Origin: a bacterium
GTDB lineage: Bacteria; UBA10199; 2-02-FULL-44-16; JAAZCA01
Reading direction: 5' to 3'
NCBI GenBank assembly: GCA_963674695.2
Contig: CAXXGI010000003.1
Location: 64,001 to 128,000, forward strand
Length of the DNA stretch: 64,000 nucleotides
Shown: piece after piece, positions 38,929 through 48,210 of the stretch
Layout: the number at the start of each line of letters is the position of its first letter
How positions within the stretch are numbered: position 1 is the stretch's first letter
Notes under the pieces: model-generated
Told to the model about the DNA's origin: nothing
Database searches by the model: none
What the model saw: only the letters and a program-made list of their open reading frames with translations
Made by a program: the position numbers and the translations under genes

Positions 38929-41898
38929 CTACCGTCTGGTGGGGCGGGCTTCTTTCTGTTTCTCTTCCCGCTGCATCCGCCGGCGTTGGATCTCCTGCTT
39001 TCGCTCGGCGCGGTTTACGGCCTTGCTCGTGTCGATCAGTTGGGCGATGTCATTCGAGACGCGGATTTTCGTCGGCCTTCGCAAGGCCCTGGATTCGCGC
39101 CGCGGAAGACGAATCTCTTTGTGGCGCGCCGATTCCGGGGCGGCCTCGGCCAGTGCTTCGATCGCTCCATTTATCAGCTTTCGATAGGGTTTCCCCGACG
39201 GTTGCTTGATGATCTGGAGCAGCGTTCGGCTGAGCAGGGGGTTCCAGCGTTTGCCGACGGCCTTGTGGTCGTCTTTGTTGGCCAGCCAGAGCAGCTGGTG
39301 GATCATTCCCTCCGAGGAGATCATCGTGCGCGGTTTGACCACGCTGGTCGGGATGCGTTCCCGCCGCGGGTTGGCGCGACCGCGCTGGCCGGGGCTCTCT
39401 TTGGTCGCCCTTTGCGGTGTGGTCGGTCCGAGGATCGGTTTGGTCGCTTCGGAAAAATTCAGGTAGATCAGATGCTGTTTGCGTCCGACCTGGTCGCTGA
39501 CGCCGATGCGCGTCGGATCGACGATGGCGTTGGCGATGGCCGTGATCGAGCGGTTGGTCTTGCGTGCTGATCGCATGCCCCTGTTTGTCGTCCCGTCGGA
39601 CAGAAAGCGGAAAAAATGCGATCGCCCCTTGCTGGTGAGGCGATCGATGAAGGCGATGAACTCCTCCGGATGCGCTTCGATGCGTTTGGCGAGCTGCTCT
39701 CGCTTCTCCGACAACAGGCGATAGAGCGGATGGGTGCGCGTGAGCTCGCTGCGCACGTACTCGGCGATCGCTTTTTTGCGCTTTGAATGCGACATCTCCT
39801 CAAACTGATCGAGTATCTTCGTTTGGAGGAAGAGTTCAACGGCGGTATCCGCGTGTTTTTCGGCCCCATGGGAAGCGCTGACGAAGCGATCGGACTGGGT
39901 CATGTACACGTCGATTCCTTCGATTCTATCGGTGAAGACGCTGGGATCGGCGCCCGGATTGTCCAGAAGGGCAAAAGCCCCTTTCATCCGATTCTGTTGG
40001 AGCTTGGCCGTTATGCTCTTGTGCAAGAGCTGCAGGATGAAGGCGCTGCGCTGTGCGTCCGTCTCCAAACGATCGAAGTGCTCTTTCTGCTCGGGGATGC
40101 GAAAGAGAATGCGATGTCTTCCGTTTCCACGCACGAATCGGAAATCCGGATCCCATCTGTGGATATAGCCTCCGTCATGCTTTGACTTGATCTTCATGAA
40201 TGCATCGTTGGTCATCGTCTCCCATCGCGGTCGTGGCGCGAATTTGCTCTTGTTGGTGTTGCGGCTTCCTTCGGATGCTTGTTCGCCGTCACGACTTCCT
40301 CCCGAAGGGAAGGCCGCGGTTTTCGAGGGTGCGTCTGCCATCTCCCCCGATGCTGTCGCATGCGATGGAGATTCGCTATAGGGTGAGGCGGAGTAGGCCT
40401 GTTCGGGGACGTCGTCGTCGGAATAGGTGTTGATTCCCTTGGGGAAGATGAGCGAGGAGTTGGTGCTCACGTTCACGGCGCTGCCGATCTGCGCGATGCT
40501 CTTTCCCTCGACCTGCGTCGGCATGGCGATGAGCAGGTCGTCGTCGGAGACGACGAGATCCACGCGGTCGCGACCGGCAAGTCGTTCCGAACGATCGTAT
40601 CCCTTGAGGATGGCATAGGGCAGGGCATGCGGGTCGTAGATCGGCGCGCGCACTTCATTCGTGACCTTCCCGCTCATCAGGTCCCAGACTTCATTCGTCT
40701 GCCGGTCGTAGAGGACCGGCTGCACATGGCCACTGCGCTTGATGTTTGCGGCGAAGACCTGGACGCCGAACGTCTGCCCCTCCGGGAGTTCGATCCCGCA
40801 GGCGGAGAGCGTGGCGAGAACGAGTTTGAGTCGCGCCTCGCAGTTTCCGCCCAGATAGAGGAGATAGTCGGTCAGGCGCGCGTCGTCCCGTTCATAGAGC
40901 ATGAGATAGTCGGTATAGAGCAGGTCCATGACCCGCCGGATCGCGGCGTGGCCCGCAAGGCCCTCCTTCGCGAGGATTGCGCGATAGCCTTCGATCAGCT
41001 CCGACCAGCGCGTCTGGAGTATTTCGTAGAGGCCGTCGATGGTCTCTTCGTTTCCATCAAGGCGTGCGCGCATCTCCTGATCGATCGAGAGATCGCCGAT
41101 GGTCGGCATGGCATCGCTGCCGTCGCGCTTCCATGCCCCGAGCTGTTGCTGGGTTTTCGCAATGATCGCTTCACGTGTGGGTGGCTCTTGGGCGGCCTGG
41201 GCGCGCAGGTGTGTGAGATCGCTGCTGTCGATCCGGGTGGATTCCTGCTGGCGTGCGCCGATGGGCCCGTCGAAGACGTCGGCGGCATCCCCGGTGTCCT
41301 TTCCGGCGAGTGTCGCTTCCTGTTGATGATTCAGGGCAGAGGGGGAGGAGTCGGTGTTGGTTTGATCAGGACGGGAGCTTGGAGTGGTTTTTCCCCTGTG
41401 GGGAGCATGGGGCTGTGGCTTTGTCTCCATCCATGCGATCGGGGCCGCGTGTAGGGCCATCGAACCGCCGAAACCGATGGCCATGCCAGCCCCCATTCCG
41501 AACAGGAGTGGAAGGCCGATTCCGGCCAGGCTCGTTCCCGCGGTGGTGGCGATGGTACTGCAGACTCGCTTTCCGGTCATGCCTGCCGATTCATTTCGCC
41601 CGAGATACTGGCGCCAGGCGCGGTTGGCAAAACGCGCTTCCCGGTCGGCGTGCGCCAGCGCCTGTTGCGCCAGATCGTTCTTTCCTGAATCGATAGAGGC
41701 CCGTGCGCGTTTCCAGAGTGATTGCGCCTGCGCCAGATGGTCTTCAAACAGATCGAGCGAATCGCCCGCCGATGAAAAGAAGTCGACCGAGGCGCGCACG
41801 ACCGAGAAGGTTTCGTCGCGAAAGTGTTCCCGCTCGAAGTCGAGCTGCTCCAGGCGCTGTTTGAGGAGTAGCGCATGTTTGGCGATGGAGGTCTTCAT
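38929..41898 (-). CDS. Large hypothetical protein with a putative transglutaminase/papain-like Cys-His-Asp domain
   Basis: 989 aa ORF; Gly-rich hydrophobic segment near aa 115-155; GGNCEAR ... GHVQPVLYD ... VWDL. Confidence 0.55.
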   Translation of the reverse strand: MKTSIAKHALLLKQRLEQLDFEREHFRDETFSVVRASVDFFSSAGDSLDLFEDHLAQAQSLWKRARASIDSGKNDLAQQALAHADREARFANRAWRQYLGRNESAGMTGKRVCSTIATTAGTSLAGIGLPLLFGMGAGMAIGFGGSMALHAAPIAWMETKPQPHAPHRGKTTPSSRPDQTNTDSSPSALNHQQEATLAGKDTGDAADVFDGPIGARQQESTRIDSSDLTHLRAQAAQEPPTREAIIAKTQQQLGAWKRDGSDAMPTIGDLSIDQEMRARLDGNEETIDGLYEILQTRWSELIEGYRAILAKEGLAGHAAIRRVMDLLYTDYLMLYERDDARLTDYLLYLGGNCEARLKLVLATLSACGIELPEGQTFGVQVFAANIKRSGHVQPVLYDRQTNEVWDLMSGKVTNEVRAPIYDPHALPYAILKGYDRSERLAGRDRVDLVVSDDDLLIAMPTQVEGKSIAQIGSAVNVSTNSSLIFPKGINTYSDDDVPEQAYSASPYSESPSHATASGEMADAPSKTAAFPSGGSRDGEQASEGSRNTNKSKFAPRPRWETMTNDAFMKIKSKHDGGYIHRWDPDFRFVRGNGRHRILFRIPEQKEHFDRLETDAQRSAFILQLLHKSITAKLQQNRMKGAFALLDNPGADPSVFTDRIEGIDVYMTQSDRFVSASHGAEKHADTAVELFLQTKILDQFEEMSHSKRKKAIAEYVRSELTRTHPLYRLLSEKREQLAKRIEAHPEEFIAFIDRLTSKGRSHFFRFLSDGTTNRGMRSARKTNRSITAIANAIVDPTRIGVSDQVGRKQHLIYLNFSEATKPILGPTTPQRATKESPGQRGRANPRRERIPTSVVKPRTMISSEGMIHQLLWLANKDDHKAVGKRWNPLLSRTLLQIIKQPSGKPYRKLINGAIEALAEAAPESARHKEIRLPRRESRALRRPTKIRVSNDIAQLIDTSKAVNRAERKQEIQRRRMQREEKQKEARPTRR

Positions 41899-41983
41899 GT
41901 CATTGTAGTGTCGTCGGTTTTCGAGAAAAGTTGTGTCGAAAAAAAGCGAAGGGGAAAAAAGATAGAATTGTCGGGGGCGTGGT

Positions 41984-42787
41984 TCAGGCGATCACAAACC
42001 CTGCATATCCGACCACCGCATTGTAGTCGCCCGAGACATCGCCCGAGGTGGTGTGCTCGATCAGTTCGGCCTTCGTTGCGCCCAGCTCCTTGGCCGCGAT
42101 GATCGCAATGGCGGTGGCCACGGCGCCGCACATCGAGATCTGGTGCTGGCCGCAGACGTGCAGCAGCCCGTCGGCGTCGAGCGCTTGCACGCGCTCGATG
42201 GCAAGACGATCCTTGTCCATCGTGCTGGCCTGGTCTTCATAGTGGTTCATATCGGTCGAGGCGACGATGAGGATATCGTCTTTCTTCTCCCGAATGACTT
42301 CGGCGATCGCTTTGCCGATGGCGTGGCAGGCATCCGCGCTCTTGTGTGCGAGCGCGATCGGCACGATTGAGAGCTCGGGCTGGCGGGCGAGCAGGAAGGG
42401 GAGTTCCACCTCGAGCGAGTGCTCGGCCAGATGCGCCGAGGGATCATCGATGAGGACGTTGCAGCGCGCCAGGAGTTTCTGCGCGAGCGCTTCATCGACC
42501 GGAATCGATCCGGTCGGAATCGACCAGTTGCCACTCGTCATGATGGCGGCGCGGCGTCCCATCCCCGTGTGATTGGGGCCCAGAACGATGCAGCGCTTCG
42601 GCACGATGACGTTGGCAAAGACCTTGCCCGCCACCGCGCCCGAATAGACATAGCCGGCATGCGGCGCTACCGCGGCGATCGCCCGGCGCGGGGTGACATC
42701 GACGTTCAAGAACCGCTCGACCTCACGGCGCAGCTCGCGTTCGGTCCCGGGATAAAATTGCCCTGCCACAGCCGGTTGGCGTTCCAT
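41984..42787 (-). CDS. AmmeMemoRadiSam system protein B (MEMO1 family)
   Basis: R.PAVAGQFYP, PHAGYVYSG, GPNH, EHSLEVELPFL, ASTDMNHY, SMCG, VVGYA. Confidence 0.92.
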   Translation of the reverse strand: MERQPAVAGQFYPGTERELRREVERFLNVDVTPRRAIAAVAPHAGYVYSGAVAGKVFANVIVPKRCIVLGPNHTGMGRRAAIMTSGNWSIPTGSIPVDEALAQKLLARCNVLIDDPSAHLAEHSLEVELPFLLARQPELSIVPIALAHKSADACHAIGKAIAEVIREKKDDILIVASTDMNHYEDQASTMDKDRLAIERVQALDADGLLHVCGQHQISMCGAVATAIAIIAAKELGATKAELIEHTTSGDVSGDYNAVVGYAGFVIA

Positions 42788-42848
42788 TTTTTCTCCATTC
42801 GTGAAGAGAATACCGAAAGTGTATCGAGGTTGTTGTATGAAAACACGT

Positions 42849-42999
42849 GAAAAATGATATCCGGCTCGCTCCTCGAGCGGCTTCTTCGAGCGCCGCCATC
42901 GGTAGCCTCTGATTCCGCGGCGCGAAGAAGAGCAGTCGACGAGCCGGCGTTTGAGGCGAGGAGACGTAAGCGAGAGGAGTGAGCCGGATATCATTTTTC
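42849..42999. mobile_element. About 150 bp MITE-like element with 26 bp terminal inverted repeats
   Basis: GAAAAATGATATCCGGCTCGCTCCTC / GAGGAGTGAGCCGGATATCATTTTTC (1 mismatch); internal hairpin. Confidence 0.65.
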
Positions 43000-43010
43000 C
43001 GCGATTTCTA

Positions 43011-43979
43011 TTACGACTCTCGATCGGGCGGGTTAAACTTCCGATGGATGCGTTCGATGGCGTGGTCTTGCTCACGCGAGAGGGCCTCGTTCGTCGTCGG
43101 ATGCCCCTTGTGGCGCTCGAGGATGAGCTCTTTGGTGAACGCGCCGGAACGGATGTCGTCGAGGATGGCCGCGAGATTGTCGCGCGTGTGCCCATCGATG
43201 ACGCGCGGGCCGCGCGTGATGGCGCCGAACCGGGCGGTATCGCTGATGTGGTCGCGCATGCCGACGATGCCCATTCCATCGAGCAGGCGAACGATGGCGC
43301 GCACCTCCCGCAGACAGCTGAAATAGGCGATGTCCGGGTTGTAGCCGCGTTCCACGAGCGTCTCGAACGAGGCCCGGATCAGTTCCGGCAGACCGCCGCA
43401 GAGGACGGCCTGCTCGGCAAAGAGGTCGGTCTCGACCTCCTCGGCGATCGAGGTGTCGATGAAGGGGCCCACCTTGCTGATCCCCTTGGCATAGGCGTGT
43501 CCGCGCGTGTGCGCCAGGCCTGTGGCATCCTGTTCGATGGCGACGATAATGGGCACGCCGCCGCCCTTGAGGTAGTCGCTGCGCACCGTCTCTCCCTGGG
43601 CGAGGGGCGCCACGAGGATCGTGTCGAGGTCCGGGCGGGGGAGGATCTGGCGGTAGTGCAGCGCGAAGCCGTGGGCGAAGACGAGCGCTGCTCCCTCAGG
43701 CAGATGTGGTTCGAGATACTGGGTGTAGAATTGGGGCTGGTCTCCATCCGGGATCATGATGGCGGCGATACGGGCCTCATTCACCGCCTCGACCGGATCG
43801 GTCAGAACGGGCAAGCCGGACTCGCGTGCGGCGTTCATCCGATCGCTCTGGGCGCGCAGAAAGATCTTCACGTTGTGACCGCTGTCGCGGAGGTTCAGCG
43901 CATGGGCTCGCCCCTGTGCCCCATATCCGAAGACGACGATCGGTTCCTGCTGGGCTTCCGTATGTGATAAATTTTTCAT
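43011..43979 (-). CDS. ilvC: Ketol-acid reductoisomerase (class I)
   Basis: GYGAQGRAHALNLRDSG, FAHGF, EE.ETDLF.EQAVLCGG, ISDTA.FG. Confidence 0.92.
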   Translation of the reverse strand: MKNLSHTEAQQEPIVVFGYGAQGRAHALNLRDSGHNVKIFLRAQSDRMNAARESGLPVLTDPVEAVNEARIAAIMIPDGDQPQFYTQYLEPHLPEGAALVFAHGFALHYRQILPRPDLDTILVAPLAQGETVRSDYLKGGGVPIIVAIEQDATGLAHTRGHAYAKGISKVGPFIDTSIAEEVETDLFAEQAVLCGGLPELIRASFETLVERGYNPDIAYFSCLREVRAIVRLLDGMGIVGMRDHISDTARFGAITRGPRVIDGHTRDNLAAILDDIRSGAFTKELILERHKGHPTTNEALSREQDHAIERIHRKFNPPDRES

Positions 43980-44143
43980 AATTCTGAATCCCTATCATTG
44001 GAGCGCTTTAGGATCAAGGGCTTATCCAGATGTCTTGCTGCATGACAGGAGGTTATCGTCGCACCATGAGAATCTACTTGAAGAAAAACACTCAACGCAA
44101 TTGCTTGACAGTCGGGAACCCTTCGGTATAGGTTCCCGCGCCC

Positions 44144-44536
44144 ATGCGACGCAAGATACTGAAATCAAAGATTCATCGGGCGGTCGTGACCGATGCCGAT
44201 CTCAACTATGAGGGGTCGATCACCATCGACCGAAACCTCATGGATGCGGCCGATCTCGTTGAATATGAAGCGGTTTATGTCTGGGATGTTACCAACGGTC
44301 AGCGGTTGATGACCTATGCCATCGAGGGGCCGCGCGGTTCGGGCACGGTAGCGATGAACGGCGCCGCGGCGCACCTGATCCGAGCAGGTGATGTCGTCAT
44401 CATCGGGAGCTATGCCGATTATGACGAAGCGGAACTCGTCGATCACCGCGTCCGCAAGGTCTTCGTCGACGAGAAGAACAACATCCGCCAGTCAGGCGAG
44501 AAAAGCCAGTCAGGCCAGTCAAGCCAGTCAGGTTGA
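44144..44536 (+). CDS. panD: Aspartate 1-decarboxylase
   Basis: [16 protein letters not shown]|SITID, NG.R..TY, NGAAA; repeat-derived C-terminal tail. Confidence 0.95.
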   Translation: MRRKILKSKIHRAVVTDADLNYEGSITIDRNLMDAADLVEYEAVYVWDVTNGQRLMTYAIEGPRGSGTVAMNGAAAHLIRAGDVVIIGSYADYDEAELVDHRVRKVFVDEKNNIRQSGEKSQSGQSSQSG

Positions 44537-44690
44537 CAGCCAACGAGAATCGTAGCCTGACTAGCCTGACTAGCCTGACTAGCCTGACTAGCCTGACTAG
44601 CCTGACTAGCCTGACTAGCCTGACTAGCCTGACTAGCCTGACTAGCCTGACTAGCCTGACTAGCCTGACTAGCCTGACTAGCCTGACTGG
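44488..44690. repeat. Inverted nonamer tandem-repeat element with a perfect TAGCCTGAC x15 array
   Basis: Left arm CCAGTCA(G/A)G units in the panD 3' end; right arm TAGCCTGAC x15 at 44553-44687. Confidence 0.95.
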
Positions 44691-44699
44691 CGGCCTTTT

Positions 44700-45299
44700 A
44701 TGGAAATCCTCATCTACGACATCCCCGAAGAGGGGCTCGATATCAGCGCCAGCCAGGCCGATGCCTGGTTTGTCGACATCGTGCGTGAGGTCTTCGGCGA
44801 ATCCTATGAAAAAGGGGATTCCGCCCGTCTGGCCCTCCACATCGACCGGTATGAGGAGAACATCAATATCGGGGGAACCGTCGAGATGGGCCTGCATCAC
44901 ACCTGTGATCGTTGCCTGGAGGGCTTTTCGGAGTCGTGCACCATGCCGATCCACGCCGTTTTGGCTCCGCTCTATGAGAATATGCGCCAGCGCGACCGTG
45001 AATCCGGGCTGGAGGTCGAGCTCGTACGCGAGGACCTGGAATTTACCTTTTATGAAGGGGATCGCTTCGATCTGGACGAGATCCTCCAGGAGCAGATGCT
45101 GTTGGCAAAGCCCATGAAATACCTCTGTCGCCAGGACTGCAAAGGTCTGTGTCAGCGCTGCGGGGCCGACCTCAACAAGGTGGGGGGCTGCACCTGCCGG
45201 GAGGAAACGGTCGATCCCCGGTGGGAGGCGCTCAAGGGCGTGCAGATCGAAGCGCCGGCCGGTGGGCCATCCTCCGATAAAAAACGCAGAAGAGATTGA
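44700..45299 (+). CDS. yceD: DUF177/YceD family protein
   Basis: CDRCL, P.K.LC..DCKGLC..CG.DLN...C.C....DPRW.AL; upstream of rpmF. Confidence 0.9.
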   Translation: MEILIYDIPEEGLDISASQADAWFVDIVREVFGESYEKGDSARLALHIDRYEENINIGGTVEMGLHHTCDRCLEGFSESCTMPIHAVLAPLYENMRQRDRESGLEVELVREDLEFTFYEGDRFDLDEILQEQMLLAKPMKYLCRQDCKGLCQRCGADLNKVGGCTCREETVDPRWEALKGVQIEAPAGGPSSDKKRRRD

Positions 45300-45351
45300 C
45301 ATCGAAGGCCTTTTTCCGCTAGGACAGAGCGCCTTTTGAAAGGAGTTCACC

Positions 45352-45537
45352 GTGGCCGTTCCCAAGAGAAGACATTCCAAGGGGCGTCGTGATCAGCGAC
45401 GCGCCGCCAATTCGAAGCTCGCCACACCGAGCCTCTCCACCTGTCCGCAGTGCAAGCGGCCGAAGATGCCGCACCGGGTCTGTATCCAGTGCGGGTTCTA
45501 TAAGGGTCGTGAAGTGATCAAGCAGGTCTCAGCGTAG
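45352..45537 (+). CDS. rpmF: 50S ribosomal protein L32
   Basis: [18 protein letters not shown]...K.PHRVC..CG.Y.GR. Confidence 0.96.
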   Translation: MAVPKRRHSKGRRDQRRAANSKLATPSLSTCPQCKRPKMPHRVCIQCGFYKGREVIKQVSA

Positions 45538-45551
45538 GTGGAGAACCAACG

Positions 45552-45797
45552 GTGATTGCTGACGAAAAAGAAAACCGCGTGCGTGAAATCATCGGCGAGC
45601 AGTTGGGCGTTTCCGTCGATGAGGTCGCGCTCGACTCCTCTTTTTCCGGTGAGCTCGGCGCGGATACCCTCGATCGCATCGAGCTGGTTCTGGCATTGGA
45701 GGAGGAGTTCGATCTCGAAATAACCGAAGAGGATGCTGACCACCTCAAGAACGTCCAGGACGCCGTCGACCTCGTGGCGCGCCGGACCTCCGCGTAA
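45552..45797 (+). CDS. acpP: Acyl carrier protein with Thr at the phosphopantetheine site
   Basis: RV.EII.EQLGV...EV....SF..ELGADTLD.IELV.ALEEEF..EI..EDA.....VQDA. Confidence 0.85.
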   Translation: MIADEKENRVREIIGEQLGVSVDEVALDSSFSGELGADTLDRIELVLALEEEFDLEITEEDADHLKNVQDAVDLVARRTSA

Positions 45798-45806
45798 GGA
45801 TCGATC

Positions 45807-46238
45807 ATGCGCATCGCGCTCGCTTCCGATCACGCCGGCTTTTCTCTCAAGACATTCCTGACTCACTATCTGCAATCGGCTGGGCATGAGGTGCGCGATT
45901 TTGGTGCGCCTGCTGGAGATCGGTTCGATTATCCGGACTTTGCGCATCCTGCGGCGCGCGCGATCGCCGCGGGCGAGTGTGATCGCGGCATCTTCATCTG
46001 TGGCAGTGGCATCGGCATGTGTATGGTGGCCAATCGCACGCCGGGCGTGCGCGCCGTGGTGATGCACGATGCCTTCGACGCTGAGATGAGTCGGCGCCAC
46101 AACAACGCCAACGTCGCCTGCTTCGGCGCGCGCGCGATGGAAGAAACGGAAATGCTCCGCCTCATCGACCTGTTTCTGGTCACCCCCTTCGAAGGCGGTC
46201 GGCATGAGGAGCGCGTGGCAAAAATCGACAAGCCGTGA
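45807..46238 (+). CDS. rpiB: Ribose 5-phosphate isomerase B
   Basis: SDHAG, DYPD, ICGSGIGM, SRRHNNAN, FEGGRH. Confidence 0.95.
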   Translation: MRIALASDHAGFSLKTFLTHYLQSAGHEVRDFGAPAGDRFDYPDFAHPAARAIAAGECDRGIFICGSGIGMCMVANRTPGVRAVVMHDAFDAEMSRRHNNANVACFGARAMEETEMLRLIDLFLVTPFEGGRHEERVAKIDKP

Positions 46239-46273
46239 CTCGTGAAGCATAAACTGCAAAACCGGAGGTTATC

Positions 46274-46393
46274 AGATTGCTGACAAAGTCTTTTCGCGCT
46301 GTCATTCCCGCGAAAGCGGGAATCTCGATCATCAGGACACATCGAGATCCCCGCTTTCGCGGGGATGACAACGGCTGGGTTTGTCAGCATCCT
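46274..46393. mobile_element. MITE-like element, family B, flanked by a 16 bp direct repeat
   Basis: TIR AGATTGCTGACAAA / TTTGTCAGCATCCT; internal GTCATTCCCGCGAAAGCGGGAATC core; CAAAACCGGAGGTTAT at 46257 and 46394. Confidence 0.8.
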
Positions 46394-46409
46394 CAAAACC
46401 GGAGGTTAT

Positions 46410-47651
46410 ATGATTTTGGAAGAACTCAAGACATTCGATCCTGAAATTGCCGCTTCTCTTCGAGACGAGATCGAGCGCCAGGAGGAGGGGCTCGAGCTCA
46501 TCGCTTCGGAGAACTTCGTCTCCCGCCGCGTCATGAACGCGATGGGGAGCGTGATGACGAACAAGTATGCCGAGGGGTATCCGGGAAAGCGCTACTACGG
46601 CGGCTGCGAATTCGTCGATGTGGCCGAGGACCTCGCGCGCGAGCGGGCGAAAAAACTCTTCGGCTGCGATCACGCCAACGTCCAGCCGCATTCCGGCAGT
46701 TCCGCAAACCTGGGTGTCTACTTCGCCGCCATCAAGCCCGGCGACACGATCATGGGGATGAACCTCTCGCAGGGCGGGCATCTCACGCATGGTTCCCCCG
46801 TCTCCATCTCGGGTTCCTATTTCAACGTCGTGCATTACGGCGTCGATGTCGAGACGGAGCTGATCGATTTCGATGAGGTGCGTCGTCTCGCGTGCGAACA
46901 CAAGCCGAAGCTCATCGTCTGCGGTGCGTCGGCCTACGCCCGCGACATCGACTTCAAGAAATTCCGCGAGATCGCCGACGAGGTGGGAGCGCTTGTCATG
47001 GCGGACATCGCGCATCCGGCGGGTCTGGTCGCCACGGGTCTGCACACCTCTCCCGTTCCGCACTGCCAGTTCGTCACGACCACCACGCACAAGACGTTGC
47101 GTGGGCCGCGCGGCGGGATGATCATGTGCGAGGAGCAGTATGCCAAGGCGATCGACAAGGCGATCTTTCCCGGCCTGCAGGGCGGTCCGCTCATGCACGT
47201 CATCGCGGCCAAGGCGGTTGCCTTCCTCGAGGACTTGCAGCCCGAGTACAAGGCGTACTGCCAGCAGGTCATCACGAACGCGCGGGCGCTGGCCGCGGCG
47301 CTGGCCGATCGGAAGCTGCGCATCGTCACCGGTGGCACCGACACGCATCTCTTCCTCGTCGACCTGACCGAGACGGGGCTCACCGGCAAGCAGGCCGAGG
47401 CCGCCCTCGGGGTCGCCGGCATTACGGTCAACAAGAACACCATTCCGCGCGAGACGCGCTCGCCCTTTGTCACCACCGGCATTCGCCTCGGGACGCCGGC
47501 GCTCACCACCCGTGGCATGACGGCAAACGAGATGGCCATCGTCGGCAACTGGATCGCCGATGTGCTCGGCGACATCGAAAACGAACAGAAGCAGATCGCC
47601 ATCAAAGCCGAGATCAAAAAACTCTGTGAAGGCTTTCCGTTGTACAGATAA
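46410..47651 (+). CDS. glyA: Serine hydroxymethyltransferase
   Basis: [42 protein letters not shown]. Confidence 0.97.
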   Translation: MILEELKTFDPEIAASLRDEIERQEEGLELIASENFVSRRVMNAMGSVMTNKYAEGYPGKRYYGGCEFVDVAEDLARERAKKLFGCDHANVQPHSGSSANLGVYFAAIKPGDTIMGMNLSQGGHLTHGSPVSISGSYFNVVHYGVDVETELIDFDEVRRLACEHKPKLIVCGASAYARDIDFKKFREIADEVGALVMADIAHPAGLVATGLHTSPVPHCQFVTTTTHKTLRGPRGGMIMCEEQYAKAIDKAIFPGLQGGPLMHVIAAKAVAFLEDLQPEYKAYCQQVITNARALAAALADRKLRIVTGGTDTHLFLVDLTETGLTGKQAEAALGVAGITVNKNTIPRETRSPFVTTGIRLGTPALTTRGMTANEMAIVGNWIADVLGDIENEQKQIAIKAEIKKLCEGFPLYR

Positions 47652-47654
47652 GGC

Positions 47655-47750
47655 GTTCGATAGTCCGTCAGTTCGATAGTTCGATAGTCCAATCATAATC
47701 CAAGGGCCACGAACCGTCGAACCGTCGAACCATCGAATCATCGAACTATG
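47655..47750. repeat. Inverted octamer tandem-repeat element
   Basis: GTTCGATA-type x4 / GAACCRTC-type x5; last unit GAACTATG contains the nrdR start codon. Confidence 0.85.
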
Positions 47751-48209
47751 AAATGTCCCTTCTGCCCACAGGTTGAGAGCAAGGTGATCGATTCGCGCGT
47801 CTCCAAGGATGGCGCGATCATTCGCCGTCGTCGCGAGTGCGAGGGGTGCGCGAAGCGTTTCACGACGTACGAACGCGTCGAGGAACCGTTGCCGGCGGTG
47901 GTCAAAAAGGATGGGCGGCGCGAGACCTTCGACCGCATGAAGATCGTCGGCGGCATTCGCAAGGCATGCGAGAAGAGGCCCGTCTCCACGGCCACGATCG
48001 AGGAGGTCGTCGACCGGATCGAGCGCTGGGCGCAGGAACTCAGCGAGGCCGAGATCGCCAGCGCCGCCATCGGTGAACGCGTCATGGCGGAACTCCACGG
48101 GCTCGATGAAGTGGCCTATGTGCGTTTCGCCTCGGTCTACCGCTCCTTCAAGGATATCAACGAATTCATGTCGGAGCTCTCGGACTTACTCAAAAAAGAC
48201 AGCGGATAA
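47748..48209 (+). CDS. nrdR: Transcriptional repressor NrdR
   Basis: [35 protein letters not shown]. Confidence 0.97.
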   Translation: MKCPFCPQVESKVIDSRVSKDGAIIRRRRECEGCAKRFTTYERVEEPLPAVVKKDGRRETFDRMKIVGGIRKACEKRPVSTATIEEVVDRIERWAQELSEAEIASAAIGERVMAELHGLDEVAYVRFASVYRSFKDINEFMSELSDLLKKDSG

Positions 48210-48210
48210 T

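Noticed and set aside
42788-43279. Long N-terminal extension on the MEMO1 ORF
   Set aside because: Runs through a MITE-like element and overlaps ilvC; the family motif begins at MERQPAVAG
44553-44687. Possible CRISPR array
   Set aside because: Contiguous 9 bp units with no spacers and no cas genes; it is a tandem repeat
44533-45117. ORF with (SLT)n repeat and the antisense (LVR)n ORF 44400-45380
   Set aside because: By-products of the nonamer array; both overlap the well-supported yceD in other frames
46332-48098. Long antisense ORFs (588 aa here; also 50049-51575, 60582-62114, 5259-6698, 25196-26656)
   Set aside because: Shadow ORFs opposite conserved genes, expected from high-GC codon bias; no recognisable motifs
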